From the IMG/VR virus record IMGVR_UViG_3300028558_000791, positions 1-64,000 of that record: 64,000 bases of DNA. One strand, 5' to 3'. The first letter of the stretch is position 1. Each line of letters opens with the position of its first letter. Below, in pieces: positions 45,698 to 52,309 of the stretch. The notes beneath the pieces are model-generated. The model ran no database searches and had not been told where the DNA came from. It saw nothing but the letters and a program-made list of their open reading frames with translations. Position numbers and translations under genes: made by a program.

Positions 45698-45786
45698 AGC
45701 CTGCCCACATGGATGGAAACTGTGGCGTCACCTTGGTAAACCAAGTAGTAAAGTGACAAGCCTGCCCACATGGTTGGAAACTGTGG
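45698..45786 (+). repeat. 28-nt direct repeat x2 with 33-nt hairpin spacer
   Basis: AGCCTGCCCACATGGWTGGAAACTGTGG at 45698 and 45759. Confidence 0.85.
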
Positions 45787-45789
45787 AAA

Positions 45790-45866
45790 GAATCGTTTAG
45801 CTCAATGGTAGAGCGTGGTCACTAGTGACGACTAAGATGCGGGTTCGATTCCCGTAATGATTCCCA
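45790..45866 (+). ncRNA. His-like tRNA (G-1:C73) with 9-nt anticodon loop
   Basis: GAATCGTT/AATGATTC-CCA; TGGTC-ACTAGTGAC-GACTA. Confidence 0.75.
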
Positions 45867-45894
45867 AGGGGACAACATTGTTGCTCCCTCAATC

Positions 45895-46048
45895 GAGGCA
45901 AATGCACCGAAGGTTTACATTTGGAATAATCATATCGTCGTAAGACGGTCGCAGGTTCGAATCCTGCAACTTCCGAAAGGAAGTTTGGCTGAGTGGTCTA
46001 AAGCAATGATGCTGAAAAGCATGCTAACTTTCAAATTTTTGTTGCTTC
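45895..46048 (+). ncRNA. yrlA: Y RNA-like 7, classical YrlA architecture
   Basis: GAGGCAA-ATG / TTG-TTGCTTC; T arm GCAGG-TTCGAAT-CCTGC, acceptor AACTTCC-GAAA-GGAAGTT, then D arm. Confidence 0.85.
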
Positions 46049-46050
46049 AT

Positions 46051-46179
46051 CTCCCGCTAGTTTAAAACGAAACACTTGTTATAGAGGACGTATACTTAAT
46101 CTATGATGAGCAAGTAGTAGAGCAAAACACCTCCACGCTAAGGAGGAGATTGCGAGTGCAAGTCTCGCAAGGGAGACCA
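46051..46179 (+). ncRNA. tRNA-like RNA with ~50-nt hairpin inserted in the D loop
   Basis: CTCCC/GGGAG plus ACCA; CCTCC-ACGCTAA-GGAGG; GCGAG-TGCAAGT-CTCGC. Confidence 0.7.
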
Positions 46180-46184
46180 AGGGT

Positions 46185-46511
46185 ATGAACCAAGACAAGC
46201 CGACAATGAAGGACCTGAAAGAAGGTCCGCCATTACTTTGTCCTATCTGTGATAGACCAAACTACTTCCCTTCAGACCATCACATGGTTCCGAAGTCAAG
46301 AGGCGGCAAGTCTACTGAAACGATCTGTGAAGATTGCCACAAAGCAATCCATGCACACTTCACCAATAAAGAATTGGAAGAAACGTATCATACGCCAGAA
46401 GCTTTGTTAGCTCATGAAGGTTTTGCCAAACAGATTAAATTTCTATCGAAACAAGATCCCGGCGGCAGATCGAAAACTAAAAAGAATAAAGATCGTCTAA
46501 GACGAGAATAA
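46185..46511 (+). CDS. HNH endonuclease
   Basis: CPIC, DHHMVPKSRGG, CEDCHKAIH. Confidence 0.85.
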   Translation: MNQDKPTMKDLKEGPPLLCPICDRPNYFPSDHHMVPKSRGGKSTETICEDCHKAIHAHFTNKELEETYHTPEALLAHEGFAKQIKFLSKQDPGGRSKTKKNKDRLRRE

Positions 46512-46516
46512 ATTGT

Positions 46517-46595
46517 GGTGCTATCGTATTTGTGGCCTTCAAGACTGCCCGCTGAAAACGGGACAAAATGAGTTCGATTCTCATTGGCACCACCA
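46517..46595 (+). tRNA. tRNA-Phe(GAA), weak D arm
   Basis: CCCG-CTGAAAA-CGGG; GGTGCTA/TGGCACC plus ACCA. Confidence 0.8.
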
Positions 46596-46664
46596 GCTAA
46601 TCGCGTGATATATCCTGTGTAACCAAGCGTGAGCCCCCGAGGCCACGATCGAAAAGGCGGTAAT

Positions 46665-47276
46665 ATGGGACAAGTAATTCTAGCGAAATGCGTTGTAACA
46701 ACAGAAGAAGATTGGGTTCCAGTTGTATTAGAGGATGACCTCGAAACCTTAGCTGTACAGCAAGGTATTCTACAAGAGAATCAATCTAAAGCGCGAAGAC
46801 TAAACGATAGAGCAATCAATAAAGATCCCGAAGCTAGTCTTAGGAACACGATCTTTTCTAAGCGCTCTGAGTATGCAGTACATCAGTACTTCGATAAAGT
46901 TCCCCGAGTTACTTTACCCGGAGAGTTTCATGACTGGCCAGATGTTGGTCAGGCGAATGTTAGATTCATCGGTGATGCAGCCGATGGCTTAATGATACAA
47001 GATAGAGACCAGGGCGAACTGCCCATGATACTAACTACAACCAAGGACTTGACATTTCAAGACCGAACGATATGGTTAATCGGTTGGGGTCTCACAGATC
47101 AATTACGACGTAATTTTTATCTAATCAACCAGTTCCGAGAGAATAAGAATTGGGGTAGAATGGGCGGAGACTTTGAGGACCATGAGCAATTCATTTATCC
47201 TCGCTCGATGCTGACTCCGATGAAATGGTTTAGCAAAGAAACCATGAACGTACCATATATCAATAAAAAGAAATAA
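46665..47276 (+). CDS. Hypothetical protein, related to 50396-50908 (possible PD-(D/E)xK-like fold)
   Basis: E-x-A..., DVG..VR..L....D pattern shared. Confidence 0.5.
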   Translation: MGQVILAKCVVTTEEDWVPVVLEDDLETLAVQQGILQENQSKARRLNDRAINKDPEASLRNTIFSKRSEYAVHQYFDKVPRVTLPGEFHDWPDVGQANVRFIGDAADGLMIQDRDQGELPMILTTTKDLTFQDRTIWLIGWGLTDQLRRNFYLINQFRENKNWGRMGGDFEDHEQFIYPRSMLTPMKWFSKETMNVPYINKKK

Positions 47277-47323
47277 TACTTAGTGGTGCAACCTCAGCCA
47301 CTCTAATTAGCGATGAGGTTCAT

Positions 47324-47398
47324 GGGGCTATGATGTTAATGGTAGCATAGTTGACTCTTAATCAATCCGTCTGAGTTCGATCCTCAGTGGCCCTACCA
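47324..47398 (+). tRNA. tRNA-Lys(CTT)
   Basis: GTTGA-CTCTTAA-TCAAT; ACCA. Confidence 0.92.
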
Positions 47399-47399
47399 A

Positions 47400-47654
47400 A
47401 TGAAAAGATGCAGTGTTTGCAAAAGAAGCGACGTAGAATTCGGCAAGAATAAGAATAAAAAAGATGGCCTACAAGTTCAATGTAAGATTTGTCAGGCACA
47501 AACTTCTGCAAAACATTATCTTTGTAATAAAGAAAAACAGTTAGAAAGAATTTACGAACGCCGTAATCAGTTAAGGCAATCAATCTTTGATTATTTCAAA
47601 GAGCATCCTTGTGTTGATTGTGGCGAGACTGATCCAATAGTTTTAGAGTATAAT
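47400..47654 (+). pseudogene. Truncated HNH endonuclease
   Basis: CSVC..CKIC..CVDCGETDPIVLE, then runs into a tRNA where the catalytic DH is expected. Confidence 0.6.
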
Positions 47655-47731
47655 GGGTCCATAGTGTTAGCGGAGAGCACCACGGTCTTTTAAACCGTCT
47701 AGGCTGGGTTCGAATCCCAGTGGACCTACCA
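47655..47731 (+). tRNA. tRNA-Lys(TTT)
   Basis: ACGGT-CTTTTAA-ACCGT; ACCA. Confidence 0.92.
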
Positions 47732-47734
47732 CAT

Positions 47735-47899
47735 ATGAGCAAGCTTATTGAGGGTGAGGACTTCTACTACGATGAAAGTGGTAAGATGGTTCTCACCCAA
47801 GCTTTTTTATTGAGGCGTGGTTACTGCTGTAACTACAGGTGCAAACATTGTCCGTATAAGAAGGTCCCCGATGGAAAAGATAAAGACCACGATAATTAA
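47735..47899 (+). CDS. DUF5522-like Cys-rich small protein (not in ORF track)
   Basis: Hand translation: EGEDFYY...LLRRGYCCNYRCKHCPY. Confidence 0.75.
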   Translation: MSKLIEGEDFYYDESGKMVLTQAFLLRRGYCCNYRCKHCPYKKVPDGKDKDHDN

Positions 47900-48428
47900 C
47901 CTGTACGGCGGGCCTGGTGCTGGTAAATCTACCTCAGCCGCTTATTTGTATTATCTATTGAAGTGTCAACAAGAAAATGTTGAACTTGTTCGTGAGTATG
48001 TCAAGAACTGGGCCTGGGAAGGTCGAGCGTTCAATGTCTACGATGAACTTTACTTCTTAGGTAAACAGGTTCGACATGAGAGTATGTTGTTCGGCAAAGT
48101 GAAATATATCGTGACTGATGCTCCCGTCTATATGACAGCTTATTATGCCGGCATCTATTGCAGTCAAGGTCTTGCGCAAGGCGTTGAGAAAGCTGCTACG
48201 GCGTTCTATCAGCAAGCCAAGGACGATGGCCACAATCACCTCCACGTCTATTTAAAGCGTCACAGGCCCTATCAGGCTGAGGGGCGTTACCAGTCCGAGA
48301 CTGAAGCGTTGTCCGTTGACTCTGGTGTCTTGGAAATGTTATCTAGACTAGATGTTCCAGTTCTTCATGCCTCACCTGAAGAGGAAGACATGAAGCGAGT
48401 GCTGGAGTTGATTCAGAAAGACGCATAA
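47871..48428 (+). CDS. P-loop ATPase/kinase (NadR/AAA_28-like)
   Basis: INLYGGPGAGKST, ELVREYVK..AWE, IVTD, GRYQ. Confidence 0.8.
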   Translation: MEKIKTTIINLYGGPGAGKSTSAAYLYYLLKCQQENVELVREYVKNWAWEGRAFNVYDELYFLGKQVRHESMLFGKVKYIVTDAPVYMTAYYAGIYCSQGLAQGVEKAATAFYQQAKDDGHNHLHVYLKRHRPYQAEGRYQSETEALSVDSGVLEMLSRLDVPVLHASPEEEDMKRVLELIQKDA

Positions 48429-48429
48429 C

Positions 48430-48843
48430 ATGATTGAAACATTCAAAGACCTTGTGGGTGATGACGCAAAGACGCCCGAAGATATCGATGCAAAACTCAA
48501 AGAGAAGCTTGGTATCGGACTAGATGCAATGGCTGGTGCCCTATGTGACTCTCTCAAGAATAAAGCGGAAGAGGTTGCCGAAGATTGTTTTAGTATTGCT
48601 CCCTACGGAGACTATTCTAAAATGATTGAAGACAAAGCAGAGATGGTTAAGTTCCTCCGAGAGGAGGCGTCTAAGCCAGAACATTGGAAGCTAGACTTCT
48701 TGGAAGTCAAGAAGAAGGAAGATAAACTAATCGAGTTCATCTTCGTAAATTCATCCGTTGATGATGGAGACATTCTCAAAGGATTCGTCTTCGTTGGATT
48801 CAGCGGCATTATCCGTCATGCCTTCGCCCAAATTCACACATGA
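48430..48843 (+). CDS. Hypothetical protein
   Basis: Packed ORF. Confidence 0.55.
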   Translation: MIETFKDLVGDDAKTPEDIDAKLKEKLGIGLDAMAGALCDSLKNKAEEVAEDCFSIAPYGDYSKMIEDKAEMVKFLREEASKPEHWKLDFLEVKKKEDKLIEFIFVNSSVDDGDILKGFVFVGFSGIIRHAFAQIHT

Positions 48844-49070
48844 AAATAATTCTATTATGTTTATGCCTCGTTGGTTGTAACGAGGAATCTAGAGAGGGTT
48901 TTAGGAAAGAAGTTTTCCCAACTGTTCATGAAGAGGCCCAGCGCATTACCTATGTGAAGGATACGAGAACAAATCTATGCTTCGTAAGGAATTCAGTACT
49001 TACGGATGTCAATAGTGTTGTTTTCACCAATGTTCCTTGTACGCCAGAGGTAGAGAAATTGATTAGATGA
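48840..49070 (+). CDS. Small lipoprotein
   Basis: LVGC lipobox. Confidence 0.6.
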   Translation: MKIILLCLCLVGCNEESREGFRKEVFPTVHEEAQRITYVKDTRTNLCFVRNSVLTDVNSVVFTNVPCTPEVEKLIR

Positions 49071-49082
49071 ATTGGAGAATGT

Positions 49083-49172
49083 ATGATTTTATTGGGTGTT
49101 TCCGCACTAGTCCTTACAGGATTTGCATTCTCTTTGACCTTTGAGTTTGTTTACAAGCTAGTCATTAAATGA
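49083..49172 (+). CDS. 29-aa hydrophobic peptide
   Basis: GGAGA RBS; single TM. Confidence 0.45.
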   Translation: MILLGVSALVLTGFAFSLTFEFVYKLVIK

Positions 49173-49212
49173 CATCTAAGGGTAAGTTTCAATTTTAACC
49201 TGGAGACATATT

Positions 49213-49314
49213 ATGCTTTCTACTTTGACTTTCGTTATGGTAGCATGCTTGTTTGCAGACTTCTGCTACGAAAAAGGTGGCATGTTGGTTGCACTCGTAA
49301 AGAGCAAGCTCTAA
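49213..49314 (+). CDS. 33-aa hydrophobic peptide
   Basis: GGAGA RBS; hydrophobic N-terminus. Confidence 0.45.
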   Translation: MLSTLTFVMVACLFADFCYEKGGMLVALVKSKL

Positions 49315-49419
49315 TTAACTCAATAGAAAGCGCTCTTGATTGGGCACTTTCTATCTAAACTAAAAAAAATATCAGGGTTGACACCTGGCAATAAAGCGTT
49401 ATATTATGTGACAGGTTAT

Positions 49420-49495
49420 GGGGCATTAGCTCATCTGGGAGAGCGTCTGCTTTGCACGCAGAAGGCGATCGGTTCAAGTCCGATATGCTCCACCA
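49420..49495 (+). tRNA. tRNA-Ala(TGC)
   Basis: Canonical, G3-U70; TTGACA promoter at 49378. Confidence 0.95.
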
Positions 49496-49639
49496 TAACT
49501 GACTGGTCAAGTACGAAACAGAATTCAATTCGCGAATGTTTCAATAGTTACTTGAACCAGCCTCAGTAAAATTTTGAGTCTCACCCAAGAGATTCTACAA
49601 GTCCTGGACATGACTTGGATTCGGAAACTGTCCGGTAAT

Positions 49640-49713
49640 GGGAACATGGTGTAATATAAACACGAGGCCGTAACTGGCTTAGTTCCAGGTGAAACTCCTG
49701 GTGTCATCCACCA
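49640..49713 (+). ncRNA. tRNA-like RNA with 6-nt anticodon loop
   Basis: AGGCC-GTAACT-GGCTT; CCAGG-TGAAACT-CCTGG; ACCA end. Confidence 0.65.
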
Positions 49714-49844
49714 TCGAGCTGGCATATCCAGCAGAACTGAAGTCTGCGGAAGCTTCAGCGAAGATTAACAAAAAGCGCAACCAAACACTATACATCAGCG
49801 TAGTGTAATCCTAAAAGAGTAATATGCAATTAGGAAGCTGATAT

Positions 49845-49920
49845 GGGGCCTTAGCTCAATTGGGAGAGCGTCACGCTGGCAGTGTGAAGGTCGCGGGTTC
49901 GACCCCCGCAGGCTCCACCA
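49845..49920 (+). tRNA. tRNA-Ala(GGC)
   Basis: Canonical, G3-U70. Confidence 0.95.
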
Positions 49921-50072
49921 TCAAGTTTGTTTGAACATCTCCGTCTAACGGAGTGAACGTTGTCAGCGGCTGGTATGATAGCTCCAGCAACAAATTTGAT
50001 TGGTAGTTGCATTGTAACAGATGCTCTGGGTCCTTGGGAAAATGACCCGGTGAAAATAAACTGTCCCTAGTT

Positions 50073-50149
50073 GGGTCTTTTGATGTAAAGGCTGGCCTCT
50101 AGACTTTAGTGCTAGAGGACATCGGGTTCGACTCCCGAATGATCCGCCA
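50073..50149 (+). ncRNA. tRNA-like RNA, no D stem, loop CT-TTA-GT
   Basis: GGGTC/GATCC plus GCCA; CCTCTAG/CTAGAGG; TCGGG-TTCGACT-CCCGA. Confidence 0.65.
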
Positions 50150-50271
50150 ATGCTTTAGTGGCACTACGTTTGTGGATTTTGTAATGGAATCCCGCAGAAA
50201 CTTGGTGTATTACGTTACCAAGTAGCAAACCATCGCAAGGTGTAAGGCTAGGTCATTACGGCGTGTTTTAT

Positions 50272-50374
50272 GCTTCGCAATTCGAAATAATCTCTGCTGG
50301 CTGTCTTCCGCGGCTGCAAACAAAGAATACTGGCACGGACAGAGAACATGGTGAAATTCCATGGCGAAGCACCA
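50272..50374 (+). ncRNA. tRNA-like RNA with tmRNA-TLD-like layout
   Basis: GCTTCGC/GCGAAGC plus ACCA; CTCTG/CAGAG enclosing about 43 nt; CATGG-TGAAATT-CCATG. Confidence 0.7.
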
Positions 50375-50395
50375 TTAGTTGTTATAGGTAGCTCA

Positions 50396-50908
50396 ATGAA
50401 TCACGATCCGATTACAGTTAAGCTAACCGCCATTGAAAAAAGAGTTGCCATTCTAGTTGGAGATACTAGAACATCAGTATCTAAAGATGATGATGATCGT
50501 CCTGATGCTCATGGTTTAGAGGCTACCAGAGAAGAGGGTCAGAAGATCGATAGACAGGGAGCTACTGCGGAATCAGCTTTCGCCAAGCATCTCAATGTAT
50601 ATTGGTGTGGCTCTGTCAATACTTTCAAGAGCGAGAAGGATGTAGGATCTGTTTTTGAAGTAAGATCCATCGATTCTTTCAAAAAGTCCTTGATTGTTAG
50701 GGCTGATGATGCAGATGATGCGTATTTCGTTTGTGTTGCAGTTCTTGATGATGCCTGTTATATTATGGGCTACCTTCTTGGTAAAGACGCTAAGAAGGGC
50801 AAGTGGTTACGAGATGTCAATGGCCGAGAGCCATCCTTCTTTGTCCCCGTAGATTTTTTGAGAGATCCGCGAGAACTGAAAGATTTGTACTTAAAGATAA
50901 AGAAATAA
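50396..50908 (+). CDS. Hypothetical phage protein (possible PD-(D/E)xK-like fold)
   Basis: GATAESAFAK, DVG..FEVRS; start moved past the RNA gene. Confidence 0.55.
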   Translation: MNHDPITVKLTAIEKRVAILVGDTRTSVSKDDDDRPDAHGLEATREEGQKIDRQGATAESAFAKHLNVYWCGSVNTFKSEKDVGSVFEVRSIDSFKKSLIVRADDADDAYFVCVAVLDDACYIMGYLLGKDAKKGKWLRDVNGREPSFFVPVDFLRDPRELKDLYLKIKK

Positions 50909-51051
50909 TCAAATAAACTACGCAAATGCTTGTATAGGGTTACAAACCCTATCCTCTATGGAGAACGGAGGGCTCATCATGAGCGGTAAAAGTAGAAAAG
51001 GTAACAGAGAATCCTAAGAAAGATACGCTGTCACAGCGTCTATCAGACCAT

Positions 51052-51405
51052 ATGGCCAAGGTATTTAGAACCTGGGCCTTCGTAGCCACTCAAATAGCTT
51101 TTGTAGCCTCTTGGTTTGGCGCACACCACTTCTTCCCACTGCAAGTATCTTTTGATGTCTTGCAGATTTTGCTTCTTACAGAAGGGTGTTGTATCGGTTC
51201 GGTTTTTCTAATGCATCAACACAATGAGCATTCTCTAGATCGTCGCATTGCTCTCAACGATTACATCGTTGATTGTCAGATTCGAAAAGATGTAAAAGAG
51301 TTACTCAAGGACGCAGAAAAGAAAAACAATTTCTGGTGTAATGGATGCGGGGAACCACGATATAAATGTTGCTGCAATGAGCGCTCCCAAGCTCATCAAA
51401 GCTAA
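51052..51405 (+). CDS. DUF1003-like membrane protein
   Basis: Two TMs; (RLSD)HMA..TWAFV..LMHQ..DR pattern. Confidence 0.5.
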   Translation: MAKVFRTWAFVATQIAFVASWFGAHHFFPLQVSFDVLQILLLTEGCCIGSVFLMHQHNEHSLDRRIALNDYIVDCQIRKDVKELLKDAEKKNNFWCNGCGEPRYKCCCNERSQAHQS

Positions 51406-51442
51406 GGGTTTCTATGTATATTGATATATACTTGTTACCTAT

Positions 51443-51516
51443 TCAGGAATCGTCTAATGGTAGGACGCGGGCCTTTGACTCCCGATATGCTGGTTCGAAT
51501 CCAGACTCCTGAGCCA
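51443..51516 (+). tRNA. tRNA-Gln(TTG)
   Basis: Loop CTTTGAC; T1-A72, G73. Confidence 0.9.
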
Positions 51517-51523
51517 GAACCAT

Positions 51524-51597
51524 TCAGGGTTCGTCTAATGGTAGGACAGCAGACTCTGACTCTGCTTATCGAGGTTCGAATCCTTGCCCCTGAGCCA
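51524..51597 (+). tRNA. tRNA-Gln(CTG)
   Basis: GCAGA-CTCTGAC-TCTGC. Confidence 0.93.
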
Positions 51598-51603
51598 GTT
51601 TAT

Positions 51604-51677
51604 TCGGGATTCGTCCAATGGCAGGACAACGGTCTCTGAAGCCGCTAATAGGAGTTCGAATCTCTTATCCCGAACCA
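51604..51677 (+). tRNA. tRNA-Gln(CTG)
   Basis: CGGT-CTCTGAA-GCCG; ACCA. Confidence 0.88.
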
Positions 51678-51698
51678 GTAACAATAGTTACATAATAT

Positions 51699-51776
51699 AG
51701 CAGTATAGAGCAGTCCGGTAGCTCGTCAGGTTCATACCCTGAAGGTCACGTGGTTCAAATCCCGTTACTGCAACCA
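51699..51776 (+). tRNA. tRNA-Met(CAT), initiator-like
   Basis: 1:72 mismatch, GAGC/GCTC D stem, loop TTCATAC. Confidence 0.85.
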
Positions 51777-51778
51777 TA

Positions 51779-51855
51779 TGCGGAAGAGTGAAACGGCTTC
51801 CACGCAGGTCTCATAAGCCAGCAACACCAGGTTCGACTCCTGTGTTCCGCACCCA
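51779..51855 (+). tRNA. tRNA with CAT anticodon (Met)
   Basis: TGCGGAA/TTCCGCA; loop CTCATAA. Confidence 0.78.
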
Positions 51856-51877
51856 CTCAAACAGATATTAAGTTGTC

Positions 51878-52288
51878 TTGGATCCTTTAGCAAAACTTAT
51901 ACTCAACGCCCTTAAGTGTCCCATCTGTCAGTCTAGATTAGACTTACTCGATTGGAAAGACCACATACCAGGACCCAAGTATAATTTCACTTGCTCTTCT
52001 AATTGGGAGCACTATCGTATCTTCTTTGTACATTGGGAACCAGTGTGCAGAGTTGAATACGAAACAGTAATTGTTTACGAAGGTAAACACCAATATCGAA
52101 TAACTCAGTATGGTATGCCTGACCGTACTGAGATTTTTATTCATGATGTCGATGCCGAAAATCGAATCATTGATAACCGTAGTAAAACCAATAATAAGTT
52201 TTCCTATGAGAAAAAGCTTTTTGATTTCGCAAATACTACTCGCGAAAAAGTTGTGAATAGAGTTAGAACCATTCTGGTTTTCTCGTAA
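51878..52288 (+). CDS. Hypothetical protein
   Basis: CPIC motif. Confidence 0.5.
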   Translation: MDPLAKLILNALKCPICQSRLDLLDWKDHIPGPKYNFTCSSNWEHYRIFFVHWEPVCRVEYETVIVYEGKHQYRITQYGMPDRTEIFIHDVDAENRIIDNRSKTNNKFSYEKKLFDFANTTREKVVNRVRTILVFS

Positions 52289-52309
52289 TTTGTCTCCTCG
52301 GAGAATGCT

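Noticed and set aside
45698-45786. CRISPR array
   Set aside because: Only two repeats, a self-complementary spacer and no cas genes in the window; kept as a repeat.
50979-51051. Programmed frameshift extending the DUF1003-like gene
   Set aside because: The upstream frame looks coding but lacks an in-frame ATG; there is no clear slippery site, and it cannot be separated from mutation or sequencing error.
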